From Bugula neritina (Eukaryota; Animalia; Bryozoa), in the NCBI GenBank assembly GCA_964035545.1, contig OZ037765.1:22071504-22135503 (forward strand): DNA of 64,000 nucleotides, given 5' to 3'. This document shows positions 53,461 to 64,000 of this stretch, piece by piece. The first letter of the stretch is position 1. Every line of letters starts with the position of its first letter. The notes beneath the pieces are model-generated. The model had not been told where the DNA came from. It ran no database searches and saw only the letters and a list, made by a program, of their open reading frames with translations. The position numbers were made by a program, and so were the translations under genes.

Positions 53461-56400
53461 TTAGTTACAGTTTTGGTGGAAAATAAGAGGCTGAGTGAAG
53501 TTGTGTAAAGAAGCACCCTGAGGGCTCGCCATGGCCGCACTCAGACCAGCCTGAGATTCTGTGTCTTTGTTGAAACTTGCTATCACAGTTGCTGGGGGAT
53601 TTTTTTGACCACCATTGACAGTAGTTTGCTCATTGCAACCATTAGCTTTAGCTAGTGAAACTTCATTTGATGTAGTTGGGTGAAACATGGCCCCTTGAAC
53701 TACTACTGACTGCATAGGAATCATTTTAGGAAGTCTCTTCTCTCTTTGTCGTCTATTACAAAACCAAACTCTCACAACCTCTCGCTCTATATTGTGTTCA
53801 ACAGCTAATTTACTAAGTTCACTTGTATTAGGTTTAGTATTCGATTGAAAATACACCTCTAAGGCATCTTTAATATTGTCTTCTATAGTTGTTCGTTTCT
53901 TCCTTCGTTTGGAATCAGATGTAGAAGTTTCTGGCGGCATTGGACTACAAAAAGTGTTGGATATAAGGGAGATATGGCTTTGATTGTCTATCCATCGTTG
54001 TAGTAGGGGTTTCAACTTCCGCATGTTCTGTGGGCTCAGATTGCAGGCTTCAAACCGAGAAATTGTTGTTTGACTGAAATCGTTAGGGTAGCATTTCCCA
54101 AGAGCCATTCCCACATCACCTTGTGTAAAACCTGAAAATATAAACTACTAGTTAGGTTCATGGCTCTCCCATTTCCATTACACATGTACAACATAAACCA
54201 GCTCTGCCAAGTGACTAGATGGGCTCAAACTACCAGAGATCGTTTATCAATATGACAAATATAGGGGAAACTGTGAAGCTTTAGTGAGTCACCTAAAAAC
54301 TGGAACTTATATCTAAAAACCTAGCACTAACTCACCCATTTCAACCCTTTTTTGTTTGAAAAATTTTGCAAATCTTTGAAGCTCATCTAAATCGACCATA
54401 GATTCATCTATCTACAAAAGAAAAACATTTTATTACATAAATAAAGCAAGAAAAATACAGCATAATAATAATTTTCAAGAGCATTGAAAAAAATGAATTT
54501 AAAGAGTTGGAGTAGAAAAACACCATGACAAATTTTTGTTTTGATAAAGTTCTGCCACAAACAGTAGTATTAATTTGATTTGGAAGTTGTGTTAAGACAA
54601 AGTAGTTCACTTGATTCTCTGGTTGATAAAAGCAAAACCATAGGTCCATATAACAACAGCCATATTACCATATTTTTATTTTACTAAACAAAACTTACCC
54701 CTGGGTGCAATTTGATGTACTGAATGGCTGGTTTGTTGGGAGTAGCAGGTGTTGGTGCCTTTGTTAATATTGAGGTAGGCTTATTGAGTGTCGTCTGGTA
54801 CTGTGTCTGGGTGGTGACTGGAGGGGTAGATACCGTAGTTATAGGATGTAGGGCAGGTATTGTGATGGCAGAAGGGGTAGTGTATCCCTGCATATCAAAC
54901 AATTGTTATTAGTTGATAAAATTTGTTGCAAAAATTGTTATCCAAGACAATGATGAAACAGCTTCAAGAGAATTTTAGAGTCCAGTTATTGTAACGGAAT
55001 GGTGCAGTGCGGCTGGTGTCACGGCTATATACATGTATTATCACATAAAGGAAATATTTACAAGGTACAATCTTTCATTAAAATAAAATAGTTGCCAGTA
55101 AATATCACTCGGCCAGTACAGTTATTGCAAAACCAAACATCGCTATTGGTAGCACTAAAAAGCAATTATGCTATGATATTGGCGAGTAAGATCAATGTTA
55201 ATAATGCCAAATCAGATGCATCACAAAACTTGAGCAAGAAGGAAAAATCAATTGCTTTAGGTTTAGGCAACAATAAGGAATAATATTTTAAACTTTACTG
55301 CAATTTAATTGTCTAATCAAAATTAGGAAGCAGTTTACTGATCCACTTTCAAATTTCCTAAAAGGTCAAACCCTACTTTTTCCCGAAAAATAACTTGTTT
55401 AAATGTTGATTGTTTCAGCCACCTGAAATTCCACTCTACTTCCTAATGGTTTCCATTTAAGCGATATCTATATGCCTTATATTAAGAGAAGGCAGTTAGT
55501 GAAAGCACTGCAAGTTGTTGCATTTCCTGTTTTTATACAAACCTGAGCAGGCGCAGGAACAATGAACTGAGGAGTTTGCACACTGGGACTGAAAGCGTTG
55601 AAGTACACATATGGATGAGAAGTAGCAGTGATTGGCATAGTGGTGGCAGCGGTAATTGGTTGGCCGAGTAACCGCTGTTGAAGTTGTTTCTGTATCTGCT
55701 GTACATCTTCTTCTGTTAGTTGAATAGTGGGGCAGCTAGCCTGAAGCGAGACAAGCTCTACTATTTATAAACCAGGTTCAGCAGATCAAAGTCAGCATAT
55801 CATGTGGTGAAATTCGAATGATTGCAAGTGGTGTGCCAACATTGTGTGTGCATGGTGTGTTTAACTTAATAAAACATATTTCAGACTTGGCATAGCAGGT
55901 GGTTTGAAATTGTAACCATCAAAATGTGAAAAACTGTGCCAGTGGCAGAAATACAGCTGCTTGGAAATTGGTAACACTACCAACTGAGCATCACAACATA
56001 TCAATTTATATTAGTCAATGAAAGCAAAATGCATAACAAAATTCAAGTAGCTTAAAAAATTGAGTAAACAGTATTTTATTACACTGAAAAATTAACACTT
56101 GAAAATATAGACCTAAAAGAGATCAATAACGAAAATATAATTTTATTGACAGTTTCCATAATTCTAACTATACCAGAAAGAGCTGTTTGCATTGCCAACA
56201 TTCGTGAAAGTAGAGTGTATACTTGTAATATATATGAATATACTCAAAACCAATTTAAGCGTGTCTGAAGGGTAACCATCATTATATCAATTATTAAATG
56301 CAATTAACGTAAAATGAGAGTGGGTAGTAGCTAACTATTGTACAGATTCAGCCTGAAACTGAAACTATGCTCAATTGTTGATTACTAATTGCTACTTCCA

Positions 56401-57640
56401 CACCATCTCATATCTTACAATATATGCACTTACTACTCAGTGAATGTTCACAAGTGAGCTATAAGCCCACACTACTCACCAATGGTCCCTGGGTGGCTGG
56501 AACAAGCACTATATTACTCTCCGCAGTCAATCCATTAATGCTAGTGGGTCCAATAACTGATAAGGGTGTCAGAGAGTGCTGCTGCTGTAACAGCTGCTGG
56601 GGATACTGTAATACCATGGAGTTTTGATCATACTGCAGCTCCTGTGAGCCGTCACCTGATGAAGTCAGCTGACTAGAGTCTGTGAAATGTTTGCTGCCGA
56701 CACCAGACTTGGTTGTACAGTCAACGTCTGTAGGTCTGGGTATGATGGTGACGTGTGTAGCAGCAGTGTCAGCACCAACCGAAAGTAATAAAGGGGAAGA
56801 TTCTGAGTTGTTATCTATACTATCCTCAGCCTCTTCTATAAACTCGGATACATCTGTAATCTATACCAAGGTAAGCGTGTCAGCTTCATGACACACCAAT
56901 TAGTAATCAGCAGCTTCTCTAGGAGGATTAGACACACACAGACAAGTGCATATATATGCCACATCAAATATAAAAAGAGAAAATTCTAGAAGTTATTTCA
57001 GAACAAGGAAGAAAACGGGTTCTTCTTCCATGCTATGCTGAATAAACCTGCACATTTGAGTCCACGGGAAATACAATCAGTATAAATTATTCGCACCTGT
57101 TTACTTGGTTCTCCATCAGACGGCACTGGTAGGTCGTAAATATTATGCTCTGAAGAAAAGTCTAATACTAAAAAATAACCCAAATGATAAACATAGACTC
57201 AACTCAATTGCATAGCAAAAAGTATTAATATTGTTACAGTTATCAAATAGGCTGAAAGTTATCAAATAGGCTGAAAGTTATCAAATAGGCTGAAAGTTAT
57301 CAAATAGGCTGAAAGTTACCAAATAGGCTGAAAGTTACCAAATAGGCTGAAAGTTATCAAATAGGCTGAAAGCTACCAAATAGGGAGGGGGGGGGGAATT
57401 AATTTTAGTAACATCAGAAACTTGAAATCACGGCTGTATTCTAATATAGCCATCAAGTGATGGCTATACTAGAATATAAGTGTACATTGATCATTGAATT
57501 GCACGCATATGGTGGTAAAGGTGTATATAATAACTGCTAGTCTAGGAAAATGAGCTACTGATGGTAAAAGTATATACAATACCTGAATTGGATGGAGAAT
57601 GAAATGTTTCTGGGTGCAAGTCCAATGTGACGGAATTCAT
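53461..57640 (-). CDS. POU2F1: POU class 2 (Oct1/2, nubbin/pdm-like) transcription factor, divergent; 7 coding exons, ~545 aa
   Basis: Exons 57640-57583, 57161-57097, 56860-56480, 55740-55543, 54887-54699, 54411-54336, 54131-53461 are phase-consistent. POU-specific domain DLDELQRFAKFFKQKRVEMG|FTQGDVGMALGKCYPNDFSQTTISRFEA; homeodomain RRKKRTTIE...EVVRVWFCNRRQREKR. FTQGDVG, NDFSQTTISRFE and RRKKRT fit class 2. The symbol indicates class only. Confidence 0.88.
57239..57383. repeat. 19-bp minisatellite (GTTATCAAATAGGCTGAAA) ~7.5 copies followed by a G run
   Basis: Direct reading; lies in a POU intron. Confidence 0.95.
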
Positions 57641-59371
57641 GATGCTAACAATATGGTCAGTGGATCACACCAGTTGACTAACGCACATCTATTGAGAATA
57701 AACAGACTATGACCGTATATTTCAGTTGGCATGATTGTAGAGTGTAACTATCTCAATCCACTAATAATCCCAACAAGTATACAATCCATACGAATCAAAT
57801 AGTAAACTAGTTCATTCACAGCATGCAATATGATACTAAGTTAATATTAGAACAAGTTTTTGTAGTACATATTCTACTTGAGTAATAATACTCCATGATA
57901 TTTGAATACAATGGCCGTCTAAAATTAGTAGACAAACCATAAACTTATTGATTCAATATTTACTAGAGGATATGAAGCACTCCTTACTCAATGAATCATT
58001 GGGCTAAGGAATACTTACTTATTATTTTGTTGCAAACAAAAATTATGGGGATCATATTTGAATTGCTTTAGAGTTTAGACTGACCATTACTTTGTGCAAA
58101 ACAAAAACTATGCAAAGAGGCGATATAGCTATATGTGACAGTCCTAAAAAAAACAGTAGGCAAGATGAGCAAACAAAAGGAGAAAATTAGTCATGCTCTG
58201 CAAATAAAAAAGCCCCAATAGAATTGATTGAAATACATATCAAAATGTAGAACTGGTGCCACAAGATAAGGCACTGTAATTGATATAGGAGAGGTATAAC
58301 TCACAAATAGATAGAATGTATGATAAATTTGTATGTTTGGTAATGTATAGAAGCATAGAATAAAAAGCAAATAATGTAAGATACTATATTAAATTATAAA
58401 AATTTTAATATTGTAATATAATCATTAGAACTAAATAATATTTATGATAGCTAAGCTAAGAATGCTAAATTATATATTTAACATTTTTAAGTCCTTTACG
58501 GCAACATACATCTAATATTTTCTAGAAACTGTTTGCTCAACAGTTGACTGGTTTACATCCTTTTAGCTTTAGTTGAAAAGTTACTTAAACGATTACAATC
58601 AATTAGTTTAAACTATCTTTCCTATATTTGAACACATTGGTTGACCAGCAGCATGTAAAGGCCAGGATCACTTTAATACATCCTTGACAGCCTCAAGAAG
58701 TGTGATCAACAAACAAAAGTTCTAGCTGACAAAAGGCTGCTAGCCCTTCGAATAAGCACAGTTTTTAGTATTACTGCAAATTACATTTAGTAGGTTGAAT
58801 AATATTTATGTCTTATCAGCATTACATTACCAGTATGATTATCACAATAATTATGACATGCACGTAATCATACTCATGTTGATATTCACTTACATTTACT
58901 TTTAGTCTTTAAACTTAACCTTGCATCACAGGTTGTATTATATGTAGACTTAGTTTTCGAGCTCATGATAAACAGAATAGTGTTGCCTATAGAAATAAGC
59001 CACTTGAGCATTTAAATGCAGATATGTTAAGTTTTGGGTCTATAATCTTTAGTGTGTCGTTTAAAGCAATATTGCTTTATTTTACTAACATACAATATTC
59101 CACTATCTGCTATAACCAGCATTATTTGAAAAAATCTGCAACTATTGTACATCAAACAAACGAAAAGTGATATCCTCACTAATGTCAATAAACCCCCCAT
59201 TCACCTTTAAATAGACACTTTTGCTACTCATAATATGCATAGCAATACTCACAGTTATATCATTGTAATAAATTTAGATTTTGAAACACTAAATTCAATG
59301 ACATAGATATAAAATAATACATAGGCCTATTGCATTTTAGTATTATATTGTGTTATAACTATTTCAAATAA

Positions 59372-59583
59372 CTCACGCAAGTTTATAGTCACTATCCCTG
59401 TGAGAAACCCCTGATAGAAAGGGTTTTTGTTAAAGCGGCCTAAGGACTTATTTAAATGAGGCACAGGAGCAATTATGACTGGATGCTCTTCCTAACATCA
59501 CCAATGGCCTTTGTCAGGGCTCGAACCCATGACCTTCACGTTTACTAGGCAAACTCTCTAACCCCTAGACCACGGCTGCTCCC
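59372..59583 (-). mobile_element. tRNA-derived SINE, copy 4 (full length)
   Basis: Reverse-complement match to copy 1. Perfect TSD TATTTCAAATAA at 59360-59371 and 59584-59595. Confidence 0.92.
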
Positions 59584-60324
59584 TATTTCAAATAATTTAA
59601 CATAATTACAAATACAATTATTATCATTGAAATGCATTAAATTTAATGTAGTTGATATTGATTAAATTTTTAAAAACACAAAGGTAGATCAAGAGCAGGT
59701 GAAGAAATCAACATACTTCGAAGGAAGCGGCTCTTAAAGTTAATTTTAAGTTTGACCATCAAGAACAAGCTATCACAGGCTAACAATTAGAAATAATTAA
59801 AGGAGCTCTGCATTAGCAACAGCAAAAGCAATATCTATAGCATACAAGTCTCCTTCTCTTTTGCGCATGAAATATAAGACCTTTATGGTGCAAATGAACT
59901 AAATATCATTGAAGAAATACAGACACGAGCAGTTCCAGCCAGAGACAACATCATAGAAGAGAAGTACATGAAGCAAAAAAAACAGGGCTGGTACTTTCTA
60001 GTAAAAGAAGAGCCCAAACGCTAAAAATAATTGAGAGCATAGCCAAGAAGGAAAAAAAATCATCCAGCACATTTTGTGACACATGATGATTTGATGATAA
60101 TTTCAGGATAGTTTCACCCAAACTAGGACCCAGACACACACAGTTCCAGAGTCTGTTCACTGTCTGTTAGCAGTAGCCATACTCAATATGGTGATCAATT
60201 GTGGGTTTGAAGAAGGAGAGGGAGAGAAGGCAATTCCAGGTGTAGAGTGTCTTCATTGGTATGTTTCCAAGAAAAGGTATAATAGTCTGTATATGGGTAG
60301 TGTTCCCTCCAAGCTCCAGCAGTA

Positions 60325-60397
60325 GACTGAATCTATGCTGGTGAGCTCGTCCTTTTATACTCTAGAATTCAAAGCTGTCCCGATTCTAGAACATTCC
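60325..60397 (-). promoter_or_regulatory. Heat-shock-type Pol II promoter: HSE + TATA + Inr
   Basis: Perfect three-pentamer HSE aTTCt-aGAAc-aTTCc at 60383-60397 and a partial HSE CTCTAGAAT at 60360-60368. TATAAAAG on - at 60359-60352. Inr TCAGTC with A at 60328, exactly 31 nt from the TATA T. Confidence 0.75.
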
Positions 60398-61375
60398 ATC
60401 CTAATTCGGCAATTCTGACTTTCGAAAATGGGATTGGATTTAGATTTAGAAACCAGTGCGAATCCCTCCAAATCGAAGTGAACGTAGAAAAGTGAACAAA
60501 AAACTACGCCAAGAGCTTAACTATAATAAAAACGAAAATAAAATAGTTAAGACATGAAGAGATCCCCAAATCTACTACAATATCACAAAAGCTACCTAGC
60601 ATGAATAATAATATAGATATATATATATCGTTGGGTTTTTACATAAGCTGGGAAAGCTTTTCCCTAATACATGATAGCTTTTCACATATCATCTCAGCTA
60701 TATTATGCTTTTCCACTTTCATTATAGCTAATACACAACAGCTAATTTTTTTACTACTATAAAAACCCAGCAGTTTTTCACTTAACCAGACTTGTATCTC
60801 CCACTTGTACTTGCAACTTATTACTCGTGAGAAACTTTTTTTGTACGCATTGCTATTTCTTTCAGTCTGCTATAAACTATAATAAATATTTATCTCACAC
60901 TAACTTAAAACACAACATATATTAAGAGTAATTTACAAACAATAATAATAATGATGATGATAATATTAATATATTAATAATATAACTTATACCTATAGTG
61001 ACTAAAGGTATAAGTTACACTTATAGTGAAATTAGCAGTAAAATTTAACTAATAAAATTATCATCGAACTAATTATTACCAAGTAGTAGTATTAAGTTTA
61101 AATAATTATAATACTTTAACATATACTAATAGTTATGGTCTATAGATATACTATTACTATCACATTCACTACCAGTATAACTATGAGTATTACTAGAATT
61201 GCAATCATAATTTAATTATAATGATTATGGGTTTACCACTTATGATTATCAATTTTACTATCAATATGAATAGCAAATGCAATTTCAATATAATTAGTTC
61301 AACTTAATGATCATACTACAATCACTACAGTTACACTTACACTTAGTCAGTATGACTATGAGTATGAGGGGTGCA

Positions 61376-61554
61376 GGTCATTTCGTACACAAGTCGCTTC
61401 GTACTCACTTTTTAGGTCGTTTCGTACACATCAATATAAATTAACTAAAATACATATTTTACTGATATTTATTTATTGTTTGGGTTTAGGGTTAATTTAT
61501 TATTCATTTTGTGTACAACAGTTGTGTACAAAATGACTTGTGTACGAAATGTCT
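61376..61554. mobile_element. Small foldback/MITE-like element with repeated TTTCGTACAC subunits
   Basis: Left GGTCATTTCGTACACAAGTCGCTTCGTAC is the inverted copy of right GTACAAAATGACTTGTGTACGAAATGTC. Internal GGGTTTAGGGTTA; no clear TSD. Confidence 0.7.
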
Positions 61555-63429
61555 TATACTTATACTTATAGTGATTATAATAAGAATTAAACTTAAAGTT
61601 AGTACTTAGAGTTACTGTTAGTGTTAGTCCTACCCAGTGGCAGTGACACTGACTGTGTCACTGTCACTACGACTGTGGCTACGTCTAACAGCTACAGTCA
61701 CTCACTAACACTCAGTAACAGCAATACTAACAGCAACAGCAACGCCAACAATAGCACAGTGACGTGAGTGACACTGGCAGTGACACTGACAGTCTCAATT
61801 ATATTTACAATACTAAGTTTAAGTTCGTACTGTCGCTGATAGATGTCATTAATTAATAACAGAAAAAACCTTTATTAATGTTATGATTACTATTTCAAGC
61901 GTGTCTAGACATCTAGTTAAATTTCTTTTTATCAGTTTGTGATTACTGTGAAATTATGTTTCAGTTCATCACCTGTCCTTAGGCTTACGAATAGTAATAT
62001 TCTCCAAGTCTCACTGATCATTGATGGCAACCTGAGTTTGGTGAAGTTCGCTATTCTAAAAGTATAGCCTTATCAACAAATTTGGTTTTGCAAAATATGG
62101 GAAAACTTCGATATATTCAATTATACATAGACATTATTCTTAGACCCAAGAACCCAGGTTAGTGCTTTACCATATCCATTAGTAACATTATAATAAATAA
62201 CATGAGAAGACAAAAACGAAGTTACTAAAAGGCGGAATATTAATAATTAAAGGGTGGATGATTTAAGAGCAAAACTACCCCGAGTAATAAAAAAGGTTTT
62301 GTTCCCAGCCCTTCTCCATAAATTGGTCACTCGCATATGCTTTTAATGTCGAAGAATAATTGCTTTACATTTTTTAAAGAAAGTGAGTTGTATTTCTTGC
62401 ACAAGCAAAGTTTACAGAAAATGAATAATGCACTCTTCAATCACTATAATTGAGAGCAGAAATATATTAGCTACTTGCGTGGCATTGTTTCTGTTGTTAA
62501 AAATTCAACATTGTTTTATATTCACATTACAAAACTTGAAAGCTTTAGGCACATAATTAATTTTTATAATTAAAATTTGAACACTTTGTGCGTCATCTGA
62601 TAATTTCTTTATTATGATAGAAAAATAAATTAAACAAACATAAAAGCACACCAACAAAATTTCTAGCAATTTTTTGTCAAGAAAATATTATACAATCTTC
62701 AAGAGTTGAAACAATAGGAACTCAATCACATTATTGGTGGTAAAGAAATAGTAGCAAAATATATCCATTAACAAATGATATAACCTAACAGAATTGTCCA
62801 AAACTTCAAATCAATACATTTGTAGAAATTATTTAATATAATTGAGGTTATAGTTAGCTACACAGCGCACAAAATATCCTGTTGGCAACAGTTGAAAACA
62901 AAATAGTAACACAAAATTACCTATAACATCAGTATATCATCAGATGCAGAAATAATGTGGAATACTCAAACAATTAACACGAACTTTATACAACTAATGT
63001 AATGTTTAGGAATATATTTCAAACATTAAAAACTTATACGTAATAAATAGACTGTGACAAGTTACATTGCTAAAGGGAGTTTTTTTACAGTATTAAAATA
63101 TAACTCAAAGATTGTAGCACTACTAACATACTAGGTAAATATGCAATTTCTCCATACCCTAGGAGAGGCTCTTACACGCACTTTCTGTGTACTGATAGGC
63201 GTTTGGTCTTTGAAAACTTAAAAATTTTCTAGTTTCTCTTATTGTTTATATAGACAATAAAAGAAATTAAGCCCACATATATTTTATTTAAAAAATTATC
63301 TAAATTTCAACCCTAAGCAAACAAGTAGGTTGCTATGACTCGTTATATACCACATTGCAAGAGGAGATAATTCTCATATAAAGAGGTAATCTATTAGAAA
63401 CAGAAAGGATACTAATAATTAAATGCAGT

Positions 63430-63919
63430 TTACAAAATGCCATCACATGAAATGCAGTTTGGTGCACATTGCTTCATTTTGGAAGTATAACTCTCAATAC
63501 CTCTAGCAAACAACTTCACCAGCTGACAGTGGACTCTACAAAGAAATTAATATATTTTATATACTAACTTAGCGATAGCCCAAAATAACCAAAAGAAGAC
63601 ATACATCACATAAAAACCATAAACTATATGGTTTTATTTTTTTTCCAGTTGAAGACACCAAATTTGGTAGTAAAATTTGAAAGCATGAAAAACGTTCTAA
63701 TTTAAATGAACATCTCAACATTTACCTAACATCAATATTTGGTTCTTCAATGATTTCCCCATCACAGTTCCAGCTGCTAACTGGTAAGGGAGTTGTTTTC
63801 TCAACGTTTTCTAATCGATGAAATGAGGTGCTGACTTGAGAGCTACCTGTAGTGCCCTGCGCTGGCACTCTCACCTTGAATGCCTTCACTCTCATTACAT
63901 CCACAAATCCAAAGTCAAA
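63430..63919 (-). CDS. CERK: Ceramide kinase, last two coding exons (63919-63726, 63535-63430); rest outside the window
   Basis: FDFGFVDVMRVKAF...SSWNCDGEIIEEPNIDVR|VHCQLVKLFARGIE...IL*, matching the CERK C-terminus (FDF.FV.V.RVK.F, SSWNCDGE, RVHCQLV.LFARGIE). Canonical GT-AG sites in phase. Confidence 0.9.
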
Positions 63920-64000
63920 CTAAAAATCACAAAACGCCAGCTGCTTGAAAAATAACAAAAACAAAATTAAAAGGCTAAACCAGCAAACAATGAAGCCTTA

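Noticed and set aside
57437-57476. 19-bp-arm hairpin as a miRNA precursor
   Set aside because: Too short with a 2-nt loop; more likely a MITE remnant.
59951-60160. 69-aa ORF as the product of the heat-shock promoter
   Set aside because: Starts at GTG, lies downstream of two AUGs and resembles no family I recognise; not a small HSP.

Overview
AT-rich, intron-dense metazoan genomic DNA (invertebrate-like; species cannot be determined from the sequence). Five spliced host genes are present. These are AHI1/jouberin (+, 5' end outside the window, stop 16623), a divergent Grainyhead-class factor (+, 25593-36871), a DIDO1/PHF3/PPS-type PHD-BRK-TFIISM-SPOC protein (+, 40746-53005), a divergent POU2-class factor (-, 57640-53461) and the last two exons of ceramide kinase (-, 63919-63430). 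Mobile DNA comprises the 5' end of an LTR retrotransposon (LTR, tRNA-Leu PBS, gag) and a related solo LTR at the same GTAT target word. It also includes a complete 4.7-kb hAT transposon (TIRs, 8-bp TSD, intron-containing transposase), four copies of a tRNA-derived SINE, a foldback MITE, mini/microsatellites and a 230-bp palindrome. The most interesting unexplained signal is a textbook heat-shock promoter (perfect 3-unit HSE, TATAAAAG at -31, TCAGTC initiator) on the - strand at ~60330-60400 that does not drive an hsp ORF. Downstream lies a ~0.7-kb U-rich unit with a 29-codon ORF and a repeated motif, upstream of the POU gene. It could be a stress-induced lncRNA or a heat-inducible POU first exon. 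Exon boundaries were read by eye and are approximate.
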